A stretch of DNA of 64,000 nucleotides from Balanoglossus misakiensis (lineage: Eukaryota; Animalia; Hemichordata). The number at the start of each line of letters is the position of its first letter. Position 1 is the stretch's first letter. A program made the position numbers and the translations under genes. Location of the stretch: the NCBI GenBank assembly GCA_040954595.2, contig CM082577.2:15507903-15571902 (forward strand). The letters run 5' to 3'. Positions 1 through 15,000 of the stretch are shown in pieces. Under the pieces are notes generated by a model. The model saw only the letters and a list, made by a program, of their open reading frames with translations. It ran no database searches and had not been told where the DNA came from.

Positions 1-3000
1 TTCCACGCCGCCCACCACAGATGCCAGCATTCATTCATGCGAGTGAGTGTAATTGCAAATTTGCCTATTCTAGAATCTTACGTGCCATTGGAGAGCTCCA
101 TTGACTGGTCATTCATACTGTTTTCATTCATTCATTGCGGCATCAATATATTTTATCTATTCTAGCCAAAGAGCTTGGCACCTGTTGAAATGAACTCATC
201 TGCTGTGGGCCAGTTTATTGGTGGCAGTTGAGCTGAGGAGAGCACCTTCCTTCCCGGCACGCCACCAAGTAAAGTTCCACGCCGCCCACCACAGATGCCA
301 GCATTCATTCATGCGAGTGAGTGTAATTGCAAATTTGCCTATTCTAGAATCTTACGTGCCATTGGAGAGCTCCATTGACTGGTCATTCATACTGTTTTCA
401 TTCATTCATTGCGGCATCAATATATTTTATCTATTCTAGCCAAAGAGCTTGGCACCTGTTGAAATGAACTCATCTGCTGTGGGCCAGTTTATTGGTGGCA
501 GTTGAGCTGAGGAGAGCACCTTCCTTCCCGGCACGCCACCAAGTAAAGTTCCACGCCGCCCACCACAGATGCCAGCATTCATTCATGCGAGTGAGTGTAA
601 TTGCAAATTTGCCTATTCTAGAATCTTACGTGCCATTGGAGAGCTCCATTGACTGGTCATTCATACTGTTTTCATTCATTCATTGCGGCATCAATATATT
701 TTATCTATTCTAGCCGAAGAGCTTGGCACCTGTTGAAATGAACTCATCTGCTGTGGGCCAGTTTATTGGTGGCAGTTGAGCTGAGGAGAGCACCTTCCTT
801 CCCGGCACGCCACCAAGTAAAGTTCCACGCCGCCCACCACAGATGCCAGCATTCATTCATGCGAGTGAGTGTAATTGCAAATTTGCCTATTCTAGATCTG
901 TAATGGAAATGGAGAAAGTACCTTATATTTTCTGTAAAATAGACATTTAATTGGCAAGCCGTCCTGCATCAATTATTAATTGTGTACATGCACTAAAGCG
1001 CCCTCACTGCTGGGTGTGTTGTATGGTCTTTAACCCTGTTTCAAATTAGAGTACTTTCTGCAATTTCAAGACAGATCTTACGTGCCATTGGAGAGCTCCA
1101 TTGACTGGTCATTCATACTGTTTTCATTCATTCATTGCGGCATCAATATATTTTATCTATTCTAGCCAAAGAGCTTGGCACCTGTTGAAATGAACTCATC
1201 TGCTGTGGGCCAGTTTATTGGTGGCAGTTGAGCTGAGGAGAGCACCTTCCTTCCCGGCACGCCACCAAGTAAAGTTCCACGCCGCCCACCACAGATGCCA
1301 GCATTCATTCATGCGAGTGAGTGTAATTGCAAATTTGCCTATTCTAGATTCTTACGTGCCATTGGAGAGCTCCATTGACTGGTCATTCATACTGTTTTCA
1401 TTCATTCATTGCGGCATCAATATATTTTATCTATTCTAGCCAAAGAGCTTGGCACCTGTTGAAATGAACTCATCTGCTGTGGGCCAGTTTATTGGTGGCA
1501 GTTGAGCTGAGGAGAGCACCTTCCTTCCCGGCACGCCACCAAGTAAAGTTCCACGCCGCCCACCACAGATGCCAGCATTCATTCATGCGAGTGAGTGTAA
1601 TTGCAAATTTGCCTATTCTAGAATCTTACGTGCCATTGGAGAGCTCCATTGACTGGTCATTCATACTGTTTTCATTCATTCATTGCGGCATCAATATATT
1701 TTATCTATTCTAGCCAAAGAGCTTGGCACCTGTTGAAATGAACTCATCTGCTGTGGGCCAGTTTATTGGTGGCAGTTGAGCTGAGGAGAGCACCTTCCTT
1801 CCCGGCACGCCACCAAGTAAAGTTCCACGCCGCCCACCACAGATGCCAGCATTCATTCATGCGAGTGAGTGTAATTGCAAATTTGCCTATTCTAGATCTG
1901 TAATGGAAATGGAGAAAGTACCTTATATTTTCTGTAAAATAGACATTTAATTGGCAAGCCGTCCTGCATCAATTATTAATTGTGTACATGCACTAAAGCG
2001 CCCTCACTGCTGGGTGTGTTGTATGGTCTTTAACCCTGTTTCAAATTAGAGTACTTTCTGCAATTTCAAGACAGATCTTACGTGCCATTGGAGAGCTCCA
2101 TTGACTGGTCATTCATACTGTTTTCATTCATTCATTGCGGCATCAATATATTTTATCTATTCTAGCCAAAGAGCTTGGCACCTGTTGAAATGAACTCATC
2201 TGCTGTGGGCCAGTTTATTGGTGGCAGTTGAGCTGAGGAGAGCACCTTCCTTCCCGGCACGCCACCAAGTAAAGTTCCACGCCGCCCACCACAGATGCCA
2301 GCATTCATTCATGCGAGTGAGTGTAATTGCAAATTTGCCTATTCTAGATCTGTAATGGAAATGGAGAAAGTACCTTATATTTTCTGTAAAATAGACATTT
2401 AATTGGCAAGCCGTCCTGCATCAATTATTAATTGTGTACATGCACTAAAGCGCCCTCACTGCTGGGTGTGTTGTATGGTCTTTAACCCTGTTTCAAATTA
2501 GAGTACTTTCTGCAATTTCAAGACAGATCTTACGTGCCATTGGAGAGCTCCATTGACTGGTCATTCATACTGTTTTCATTCATTCATTGCGGCATCAATA
2601 TATTTTATCTATTCTAGCCAAAGAGCTTGGCACCTGTTGAAATGAACTCATCTGCTGTGGGCCAGTTTATTGGTGGCAGTTGAGCTGAGGAGAGCACCTT
2701 CCTTCCCGGCACGCCACCAAGTAAAGTTCCACGCCGCCCACCACAGATGCCAGCATTCATTCATGCGAGTGAGTGTAATTGCAGATTTGCCTATTCTAGA
2801 TCTGTAATGGAAATGGAGAAAGTACCTTATATTTTCTGTAAAATAGACATTTAATTGGCAAGCCGTCCTGCATCAATTATTAATTGTGTACATGCACTAA
2901 AGCGCCCTCACTGCTGGGTGTGTTGTATGGTCTTTAACCCTGTTTCAAATTAGAGTACTTTCTGCAATTTCAAGACAGATCTTACGTGCCATTGGAGAGC

Positions 3001-6000
3001 TCCATTGACTGGTCATTCATACTGTTTTCATTCATTCATTGCGGCATCAATATATTTTATCTATTCTAGCCAAAGAGCTTGGCACCTGTTGAAATGAACT
3101 CATCTGCTGTGGGCCAGTTTATTGGTGGCAGTTGAGCTGAGGAGAGCACCTTCCTTCCCGGCACGCCACCAAGTAAAGTTCCACGCCGCCCACCACAGAT
3201 GCCAGCATTCATTCATGCGAGTGAGTGTAATTGCAAATTTGCCTATTCTAGAATTCTTACGTGCCATTGGAGAGCTCCATTGACTGGTCATTCATACTGT
3301 TTTCATTCATTCATTGCGGCATCAATATATTTTATCTATTCTAGCCAAAGAGCTTGGCACCTGTTGAAATGAACTCATCTGCTGTGGGCCAGTTTATTGG
3401 TGGCAGTTGAGCTGAGGAGAGCACCTTCCTTCCCGGCACGCCACCAAGTAAAGTTCCACGCCGCCCACCACAGATGCCAGCATTCATTCATGCGAGTGAG
3501 TGTAATTGCAAATTTGCCTATTCTAGATCTGTAATGGAAATGGAGAAAGTACCTTATATTTTCTGTAAAATAGACATTTAATTGGCAAGCCGTCCTGCAT
3601 CAATTATTAATTGTGTACATGCACTAAAGCGCCCTCACTGCTGGGTGTGTTGTATGGTCTTTAACCCTGTTTCAAATTAGAGTACTTTCTGCAATTTCAA
3701 GACAGATCTTACGTGCCATTGGAGAGCTCCATTGACTGGTCATTCATACTGTTTTCATTCATTCATTGCGGCATCAATATATTTTATCTATTCTAGCCAA
3801 AGAGCTTGGCACCTGTTGAAATGAACTCATCTGCTGTGGGCCAGTTTATTGGTGGCAGTTGAGCTGAGGAGAGCACCTTCTTTCCCGGCACGCCACCAAG
3901 TAAAGTTCCACGCCGCCCACCACAGATGCCAGCATTCATTCATGCGAGTGAGTGTAATTGCAAATTTGCCTATTCTAGAATCTTACGTGCCATTGGAGAG
4001 CTCCATTGACTGGTCATTCATACTGTTTTCATTCATTCATTGCGGCATCAATATATTTTATCTATTCTAGCCAAAGAGCTTGGCACCTGTTGAAATGAAC
4101 TCATCTGCTGTGGGCCAGTTTATTGGTGGCAGTTGAGCTGAGGAGAGCACCTTCTTTCCCGGCACGCCACCAAGTAAAGTTCCACGCCGCCCACCACAGA
4201 TGCCAGCATTCATTCATGCGAGTGAGTGTAATTGCAAATTTGCCTATTTACGTGCCATTGGAGAGCTCCATTGACTGGTCATTCATACTGTTTTCATTCA
4301 TTCATTGCGGCATCAATATATTTTATCTATTCTAGCCAAAGAGCTTGGCACCTGTTGAAATGAACTCATCTGCTGTGGGCCAGTTTATTGGTGGCAGTTG
4401 AGCTGAGGAGAGCACCTTCCTTCCCGGCACGCCACCAAGTAAAGTTCCACGCCGCCCACCACAGATGCCAGCATTCATTCATGCGAGTGAGTGTAATTGC
4501 AAATTTGCCTATTCTAGATCTGTAATGGAAATGGAGAAAGTACCTTATATTTTCTGTAAAATAGACATTTAATTGGCAAGCCGTCCTGCATCAATTATTA
4601 ATTGTGTACATGCACTAAAGCGCCCTCACTGCTGGGTGTGTTGTATGGTCTTTAACCCTGTTTCAAATTAGAGTACTTTCTGCAATTTCAAGACAGATCT
4701 TACGTGCCATTGGAGAGCTCCATTGACTGGTCATTCATACTGTTTTCATTCATTCATTGCGGCATCAATATATTTTATCTATTCTAGCCAAAGAGCTTGG
4801 CACCTGTTGAAATGAACTCATCTGCTGTGGGCCAGTTTATTGGTGGCAGTTGAGCTGAGGAGAGCACCTTCTTTCCCGGCACGCCACCAAGTAAAGTTCC
4901 ACGCCGCCCACCACAGATGCCAGCATTCATTCATGCGAGTGAGTGTAATTGCAAATTTGCCTATTCTAGAATCTTACGTGCCATTGGAGAGCTCCATTGA
5001 CTGGTCATTCATACTGTTTTCATTTATTCATTGCGGCATCAATATATTTTATCTATTCTAGCCAAAGAGCTTGGCACCTGTTGAAATGAACTCATCTGCT
5101 GTGGGCCAGTTTATTGGTGGCAGTTGAGCTGAGGAGAGCACCTTCTTTCCCGGCACGCCACCAAGTAAAGTTCCACGCCGCCCACCACAGATGCCAGCAT
5201 TCATTCATGCGAGTGAGTGTAATTGCAAATTTGCCTATTCTAGAATCTTACGTGCCATTGGAGAGCTCCATTGACTGGTCATTCATACTGTTTTCATTCA
5301 TTCATTGCAGCATCAATATATTTTATCTATTCTAGCCAAAGAGCTTGGCACCTGTTGAAATGAACTCATCTGCTGTGGGCCAGTTTATTGGTGGCAGTTG
5401 AGCTGAGGAGAGCACCTTCCTTCCCGGCACGCCACCAAGTAAAGTTCCACGCCGCCCACCACAGATGCCAGCATTCATTCATGCGAGTGAGTGTAATTGC
5501 AAATTTGCCTATTCTAGAATCTTACGTGCCATTGGAGAGCTCCATTGACTGGTCATTCATACTGTTTTCATTCATTCATTGCGGCATCAATATATTTTAT
5601 CTATTCTAGCCAAAGAGCTTGGCACCTGTTGAAATGAACTCATCTGCTGTGGGCCAGTTTATTGGTGGCAGTTGAGCTGAGGAGAGCACCTTCCTTCCCG
5701 GCACGCCACCAAGTAAAGTTCCACGCCGCCCACCACAGATGCCAGCATTCATTCATGCGAGTGAGTGTAATTGCAAATTTGCCTATTCTAGAATCTTACG
5801 TGCCATTGGAGAGCTCCATTGACTGGTCATTCATACTGTTTTCATTCATTCATTGCGGCATCAATATATTTTATCTATTCTAGCCGAAGAGCTTGGCACC
5901 TGTTGAAATGAACTCATCTGCTGTGGGCCAGTTTATTGGTGGCAGTTGAGCTGAGGAGAGCACCTTCCTTCCCGGCACGCCACCAAGTAAAGTTCCACGC

Positions 6001-9000
6001 CGCCCACCACAGATGCCAGCATTCATTCATGCGAGTGAGTGTAATTGCAAATTTGCCTATTCTAGATCTGTAATGGAAATGGAGAAAGTACCTTATATTT
6101 TCTGTAAAATAGACATTTAATTGGCAAGCCGTCCTGCATCAATTATTAATTGTGTACATGCACTAAAGCGCCCTCACTGCTGGGTGTGTTGTATGGTCTT
6201 TAACCCTGTTTCAAATTAGAGTACTTTCTGCAATTTCAAGACAGATCTTACGTGCCATTGGAGAGCTCCATTGACTGGTCATTCATACTGTTTTCATTCA
6301 TTCATTGCGGCATCAATATATTTTATCTATTCTAGCCAAAGAGCTTGGCACCTGTTGAAATGAACTCATCTGCTGTGGGCCAGTTTATTGGTGGCAGTTG
6401 AGCTGAGGAGAGCACCTTCCTTCCCGGCACGCCACCAAGTAAAGTTCCACGCCGCCCACCACAGATGCCAGCATTCATTCATGCGAGTGAGTGTAATTGC
6501 AAATTTGCCTATTCTAGATTCTTACGTGCCATTGGAGAGCTCCATTGACTGGTCATTCATACTGTTTTCATTCATTCATTGCGGCATCAATATATTTTAT
6601 CTATTCTAGCCAAAGAGCTTGGCACCTGTTGAAATGAACTCATCTGCTGTGGGCCAGTTTATTGGTGGCAGTTGAGCTGAGGAGAGCACCTTCCTTCCCG
6701 GCACGCCACCAAGTAAAGTTCCACGCCGCCCACCACAGATGCCAGCATTCATTCATGCGAGTGAGTGTAATTGCAAATTTGCCTATTCTAGAATCTTACG
6801 TGCCATTGGAGAGCTCCATTGACTGGTCATTCATACTGTTTTCATTCATTCATTGCGGCATCAATATATTTTATCTATTCTAGCCAAAGAGCTTGGCACC
6901 TGTTGAAATGAACTCATCTGCTGTGGGCCAGTTTATTGGTGGCAGTTGAGCTGAGGAGAGCACCTTCCTTCCCGGCACGCCACCAAGTAAAGTTCCACGC
7001 CGCCCACCACAGATGCCAGCATTCATTCATGCGAGTGAGTGTAATTGCAAATTTGCCTATTCTAGATCTGTAATGGAAATGGAGAAAGTACCTTATATTT
7101 TCTGTAAAATAGACATTTAATTGGCAAGCCGTCCTGCATCAATTATTAATTGTGTACATGCACTAAAGCGCCCTCACTGCTGGGTGTGTTGTATGGTCTT
7201 TAACCCTGTTTCAAATTAGAGTACTTTCTGCAATTTCAAGACAGATCTTACGTGCCATTGGAGAGCTCCATTGACTGGTCATTCATACTGTTTTCATTCA
7301 TTCATTGCGGCATCAATATATTTTATCTATTCTAGCCAAAGAGCTTGGCACCTGTTGAAATGAACTCATCTGCTGTGGGCCAGTTTATTGGTGGCAGTTG
7401 AGCTGAGGAGAGCACCTTCCTTCCCGGCACGCCACCAAGTAAAGTTCCACGCCGCCCACCACAGATGCCAGCATTCATTCATGCGAGTGAGTGTAATTGC
7501 AAATTTGCCTATTCTAGATCTGTAATGGAAATGGAGAAAGTACCTTATATTTTCTGTAAAATAGACATTTAATTGGCAAGCCGTCCTGCATCAATTATTA
7601 ATTGTGTACATGCACTAAAGCGCCCTCACTGCTGGGTGTGTTGTATGGTCTTTAACCCTGTTTCAAATTAGAGTACTTTCTGCAATTTCAAGACAGATCT
7701 TACGTGCCATTGGAGAGCTCCATTGACTGGTCATTCATACTGTTTTCATTCATTCATTGCGGCATCAATATATTTTATCTATTCTAGCCAAAGAGCTTGG
7801 CACCTGTTGAAATGAACTCATCTGCTGTGGGCCAGTTTATTGGTGGCAGTTGAGCTGAGGAGAGCACCTTCCTTCCCGGCACGCCACCAAGTAAAGTTCC
7901 ACGCCGCCCACCACAGATGCCAGCATTCATTCATGCGAGTGAGTGTAATTGCAAATTTGCCTATTCTAGATCTGTAATGGAAATGGAGAAAGTACCTTAT
8001 ATTTTCTGTAAAATAGACATTTAATTGGCAAGCCGTCCTGCATCAATTATTAATTGTGTACATGCACTAAAGCGCCCTCACTGCTGGGTGTGTTGTATGG
8101 TCTTTAACCCTGTTTCAAATTAGAGTACTTTCTGCAATTTCAAGACAGATCTTACGTGCCATTGGAGAGCTCCATTGACTGGTCATTCATACTGTTTTCA
8201 TTCATTCATTGCGGCATCAATATATTTTATCTATTCTAGCCAAAGAGCTTGGCACCTGTTGAAATGAACTCATCTGCTGTGGGCCAGTTTATTGGTGGCA
8301 GTTGAGCTGAGGAGAGCACCTTCCTTCCCGGCACGCCACCAAGTAAAGTTCCACGCCGCCCACCACAGATGCCAGCATTCATTCATGCGAGTGAGTGTAA
8401 TTGCAAATTTGCCTATTCTAGATCTGTAATGGAAATGGAGAAAGTACCTTATATTTTCTGTAAAATAGACATTTAATTGGCAAGCCGTCCTGCATCAATT
8501 ATTAATTGTGTACATGCACTAAAGCGCCCTCACTGCTGGGTGTGTTGTATGGTCTTTAACCCTGTTTCAAATTAGAGTACTTTCTGCAATTTCAAGACAG
8601 ATCTTACGTGCCATTGGAGAGCTCCATTGACTGGTCATTCATACTGTTTTCATTCATTCATTGCGGCATCAATATATTTTATCTATTCTAGCCAAAGAGC
8701 TTGGCACCTGTTGAAATGAACTCATCTGCTGTGGGCCAGTTTATTGGTGGCAGTTGAGCTGAGGAGAGCACCTTCCTTCCCGGCACGCCACCAAGTAAAG
8801 TTCCACGCCGCCCACCACAGATGCCAGCATTCATTCATGCGAGTGAGTGTAATTGCAAATTTGCCTATTCTAGATTCTTACGTGCCATTGGAGAGCTCCA
8901 TTGACTGGTCATTCATACTGTTTTCATTCATTCATTGCGGCATCAATATATTTTATCTATTCTAGCCAAAGAGCTTGGCACCTGTTGAAATGAACTCATC

Positions 9001-12000
9001 TGCTGTGGGCCAGTTTATTGGTGGCAGTTGAGCTGAGCAGAGCACCTTCCTTCCCGGCACGCCACCAAGTAAAGTTCCACGCCGCCCACCACAGATGCCA
9101 GCATTCATTCATGCGAGTGAGTGTAATTGCAAATTTGCCTATTCTAGAATCTTACGTGCCATTGGAGAGCTCCATTGACTGGTCATTCATACTGTTTTCA
9201 TTCATTCATTGCGGCATCAATATATTTTATCTATTCTAGCCAAAGAGCTTGGCACCTGTTGAAATGAACTCATCTGCTGTGGGCCAGTTTATTGGTGGCA
9301 GTTGAGCTGAGGAGAGCACCTTCCTTCCCGGCACGCCACCAAGTAAAGTTCCACGCCGCCCACCACAGATGCCAGCATTCATTCATGCGAGTGAGTGTAA
9401 TTGCAAATTTGCCTATTCTAGATCTGTAATGGAAATGGAGAAAGTACCTTATATTTTCTGTAAAATAGACATTTAATTGGCAAGCCGTCCTGCATCAATT
9501 ATTAATTGTGTACATGCACTAAAGCGCCCTCACTGCTGGGTGTGTTGTATGGTCTTTAACCCTGTTTCAAATTAGAGTACTTTCTGCAATTTCAAGACAG
9601 ATCTTACGTGCCATTGGAGAGCTCCATTGACTGGTCATTCATACTGTTTTCATTCATTCATTGCGGCATCAATATATTTTATCTATTCTAGCCAAAGAGC
9701 TTGGCACCTGTTGAAATGAACTCATCTGCTGTGGGCCAGTTTATTGGTGGCAGTTGAGCTGAGGAGAGCACCTTCCTTCCCGGCACGCCACCAAGTAAAG
9801 TTCCACGCCGCCCACCACAGATGCCAGCATTCATTCATGCGAGTGAGTGTAATTGCAAATTTGCCTATTCTAGATCTGTAATGGAAATGGAGAAAGTACC
9901 TTATATTTTCTGTAAAATAGACATTTAATTGGCAAGCCGTCCTGCATCAATTATTAATTGTGTACATGCACTAAAGCGCCCTCACTGCTGGGTGTGTTGT
10001 ATGGTCTTTAACCCTGTTTCAAATTAGAGTACTTTCTGCAATTTCAAGACAGATCTTACGTGCCATTGGAGAGCTCCATTGACTGGTCATTCATACTGTT
10101 TTCATTCATTCATTGCGGCATCAATATATTTTATCTATTCTAGCCAAAGAGCTTGGCACCTGTTGAAATGAACTCATCTGCTGTGGGCCAGTTTATTGGT
10201 GGCAGTTGAGCTGAGGAGAGCACCTTCCTTCCCGGCACGCCACCAAGTAAAGTTCCACGCCGCCCACCACAGATGCCAGCATTCATTCATGCGAGTGAGT
10301 GTAATTGCAAATTTGCCTATTCTAGATCTGTAATGGAAATGGAGAAAGTACCTTATATTTTCTGTAAAATAGACATTTAATTGGCAAGCCGTCCTGCATC
10401 AATTATTAATTGTGTACATGCACTAAAGCGCCCTCACTGCTGGGTGTGTTGTATGGTCTTTAACCCTGTTTCAAATTAGAGTACTTTCTGCAATTTCAAG
10501 ACAGATCTTACGTGCCATTGGAGAGCTCCATTGACTGGTCATTCATACTGTTTTCATTCATTCATTGCGGCATCAATATATTTTATCTATTCTAGCCAAA
10601 GAGCTTGGCACCTGTTGAAATGAACTCATCTGCTGTGGGCCAGTTTATTGGTGGCAGTTGAGCTGAGGAGAGCACCTTCCTTCCCGGCACGCCACCAAGT
10701 AAAGTTCCACGCCGCCCACCACAGATGCCAGCATTCATTCATGCGAGTGAGTGTAATTGCAAATTTGCCTATTCTAGATCTGTAATGGAAATGGAGAAAG
10801 TACCTTATATTTTCTGTAAAATAGACATTTAATTGGCAAGCCGTCCTGCATCAATTATTAATTGTGTACATGCACTAAAGCGCCCTCACTGCTGGGTGTG
10901 TTGTATGGTCTTTAACCCTGTTTCAAATTAGAGTACTTTCTGCAATTTCAAGACAGATCTTACGTGCCATTGGAGAGCTCCATTGACTGGTCATTCATAC
11001 TGTTTTCATTCATTCATTGCGGCATCAATATATTTTATCTATTCTAGCCAAAGAGCTTGGCACCTGTTGAAATGAACTCATCTGCTGTGGGCCAGTTTAT
11101 TGGTGGCAGTTGAGCTGAGGAGAGCACCTTCCTTCCCGGCACGCCACCAAGTAAAGTTCCACGCCGCCCACCACAGATGCCAGCATTCATTCATGCGAGT
11201 GAGTGTAATTGCAAATTTGCCTATTCTAGATCTGTAATGGAAATGGAGAAAGTACCTTATATTTTCTGTAAAATAGACATTTAATTGGCAAGCCGTCCTG
11301 CATCAATTATTAATTGTGTACATGCACTAAAGCGCCCTCACTGCTGGGTGTGTTGTATGGTCTTTAACCCTGTTTCAAATTAGAGTACTTTCTGCAATTT
11401 CAAGACAGATCTTACGTGCCATTGGAGAGCTCCATTGACTGGTCATTCATACTGTTTTCATTCATTCATTGCGGCATCAATATATTTTATCTATTCTAGC
11501 CAAAGAGCTTGGCACCTGTTGAAATGAACTCATCTGCTGTGGGCCAGTTTATTGGTGGCAGTTGAGCTGAGGAGAGCACCTTCCTTCCCGGCACGCCACC
11601 AAGTAAAGTTCCACGCCGCCCACCACAGATGCCAGCATTCATTCATGCGAGTGAGTGTAATTGCAAATTTGCCTATTCTAGATCTGTAATGGAAATGGAG
11701 AAAGTACCTTATATTTTCTGTAAAATAGACATTTAATTGGCAAGCCGTCCTGCATCAATTATTAATTGTGTACATGCACTAAAGCGCCCTCACTGCTGGG
11801 TGTGTTGTATGGTCTTTAACCCTGTTTCAAATTAGAGTACTTTCTGCAATTTCAAGACAGATCTTACGTGCCATTGGAGAGCTCCATTGACTGGTCATTC
11901 ATACTGTTTTCATTCATTCATTGCGGCATCAATATATTTTATCTATTCTAGCCAAAGAGCTTGGCACCTGTTGAAATGAACTCATCTGCTGTGGGCCAGT

Positions 12001-15000
12001 TTATTGGTGGCAGTTGAGCTGAGGAGAGCACCTTCTTTCCCGGCACGCCACCAAGTAAAGTTCCACGCCGCCCACCACAGATGCCAGCATTCATTCATGC
12101 GAGTGAGTGTAATTGCAAATTTGCCTATTTACGTGCCATTGGAGAGCTCCATTGACTGGTCATTCATACTGTTTTCATTCATTCATTGCGGCATCAATAT
12201 ATTTTATCTATTCTAGCCAAAGAGCTTGGCACCTGTTGAAATGAACTCATCTGCTGTGGGCCAGTTTATTGGTGGCAGTTGAGCTGAGGAGAGCACCTTC
12301 CTTCCCGGCACGCCACCAAGTAAAGTTCCACGCCGCCCACCACAGATGCCAGCATTCATTCATGCGAGTGAGTGTAATTGCAAATTTGCCTATTCTAGAT
12401 CTGTAATGGAAATGGAGAAAGTACCTTATATTTTCTGTAAAATAGACATTTAATTGGCAAGCCGTCCTGCATCAATTATTAATTGTGTACATGCACTAAA
12501 GCGCCCTCACTGCTGGGTGTGTTGTATGGTCTTTAACCCTGTTTCAAATTAGAGTACTTTCTGCAATTTCAAGACAGATCTTACGTGCCATTGGAGAGCT
12601 CCATTGACTGGTCATTCATACTGTTTTCATTCATTCATTGCGGCATCAATATATTTTATCTATTCTAGCCAAAGAGCTTGGCACCTGTTGAAATGAACTC
12701 ATCTGCTGTGGGCCAGTTTATTGGTGGCAGTTGAGCTGAGGAGAGCACCTTCCTTCCCGGCACGCCACCAAGTAAAGTTCCACGCCGCCCACCACAGATG
12801 CCAGCATTCATTCATGCGAGTGAGTGTAATTGCAAATTTGCCTATTCTAGAATTCTTACGTGCCATTGGAGAGCTCCATTGACTGGTCATTCATACTGTT
12901 TTCATTCATTCATTGCGGCATCAATATATTTTATCTATTCTAGCCAAAGAGCTTGGCACCTGTTGAAATGAACTCATCTGCTGTGGGCCAGTTTATTGGT
13001 GGCAGTTGAGCTGAGGAGAGCACCTTCCTTCCCGGCACGCCACCAAGTAAAGTTCCACGCCGCCCACCACAGATGCCAGCATTCATTCATGCGAGTGAGT
13101 GTAATTGCAAATTTGCCTATTCTAGATCTGTAATGGAAATGGAGAAAGTACCTTATATTTTCTGTAAAATAGACATTTAATTGGCAAGCCGTCCTGCATC
13201 AATTATTAATTGTGTACATGCACTAAAGCGCCCTCACTGCTGGGTGTGTTGTATGGTCTTTAACCCTGTTTCAAATTAGAGTACTTTCTGCAATTTCAAG
13301 ACAGATCTTACGTGCCATTGGAGAGCTCCATTGACTGGTCATTCATACTGTTTTCATTCATTCATTGCGGCATCAATATATTTTATCTATTCTAGCCAAA
13401 GAGCTTGGCACCTGTTGAAATGAACTCATCTGCTGTGGGCCAGTTTATTGGTGGCAGTTGAGCTGAGGAGAGCACCTTCTTTCCCGGCACGCCACCAAGT
13501 AAAGTTCCACGCCGCCCACCACAGATGCCAGCATTCATTCATGCGAGTGAGTGTAATTGCAAATTTGCCTATTCTAGAATCTTACGTGCCATTGGAGAGC
13601 TCCATTGACTGGTCATTCATACTGTTTTCATTCATTCATTGCGGCATCAATATATTTTATCTATTCTAGCCAAAGAGCTTGGCACCTGTTGAAATGAACT
13701 CATCTGCTGTGGGCCAGTTTATTGGTGGCAGTTGAGCTGAGGAGAGCACCTTCTTTCCCGGCACGCCACCAAGTAAAGTTCCACGCCGCCCACCACAGAT
13801 GCCAGCATTCATTCATGCGAGTGAGTGTAATTGCAAATTTGCCTATTTACGTGCCATTGGAGAGCTCCATTGACTGGTCATTCATACTGTTTTCATTCAT
13901 TCATTGCGGCATCAATATATTTTATCTATTCTAGCCAAAGAGCTTGGCACCTGTTGAAATGAACTCATCTGCTGTGGGCCAGTTTATTGGTGGCAGTTGA
14001 GCTGAGGAGAGCACCTTCCTTCCCGGCACGCCACCAAGTAAAGTTCCACGCCGCCCACCACAGATGCCAGCATTCATTCATGCGAGTGAGTGTAATTGCA
14101 AATTTGCCTATTCTAGATCTGTAATGGAAATGGAGAAAGTACCTTATATTTTCTGTAAAATAGACATTTAATTGGCAAGCCGTCCTGCATCAATTATTAA
14201 TTGTGTACATGCACTAAAGCGCCCTCACTGCTGGGTGTGTTGTATGGTCTTTAACCCTGTTTCAAATTAGAGTACTTTCTGCAATTTCAAGACAGATCTT
14301 ACGTGCCATTGGAGAGCTCCATTGACTGGTCATTCATACTGTTTTCATTCATTCATTGCGGCATCAATATATTTTATCTATTCTAGCCAAAGAGCTTGGC
14401 ACCTGTTGAAATGAACTCATCTGCTGTGGGCCAGTTTATTGGTGGCAGTTGAGCTGAGGAGAGCACCTTCTTTCCCGGCACGCCACCAAGTAAAGTTCCA
14501 CGCCGCCCACCACAGATGCCAGCATTCATTCATGCGAGTGAGTGTAATTGCAAATTTGCCTATTCTAGAATCTTACGTGCCATTGGAGAGCTCCATTGAC
14601 TGGTCATTCATACTGTTTTCATTCATTCATTGCGGCATCAATATATTTTATCTATTCTAGCCAAAGAGCTTGGCACCTGTTGAAATGAACTCATCTGCTG
14701 TGGGCCAGTTTATTGGTGGCAGTTGAGCTGAGGAGAGCACCTTCTTTCCCGGCACGCCACCAAGTAAAGTTCCACGCCGCCCACCACAGATGCCAGCATT
14801 CATTCATGCGAGTGAGTGTAATTGCAAATTTGCCTATTCTAGAATCTTACGTGCCATTGGAGAGCTCCATTGACTGGTCATTCATACTGTTTTCATTCAT
14901 TCATTGCGGCATCAATATATTTTATCTATTCTAGCCAAAGAGCTTGGCACCTGTTGAAATGAACTCATCTGCTGTGGGCCAGTTTATTGGTGGCAGTTGA

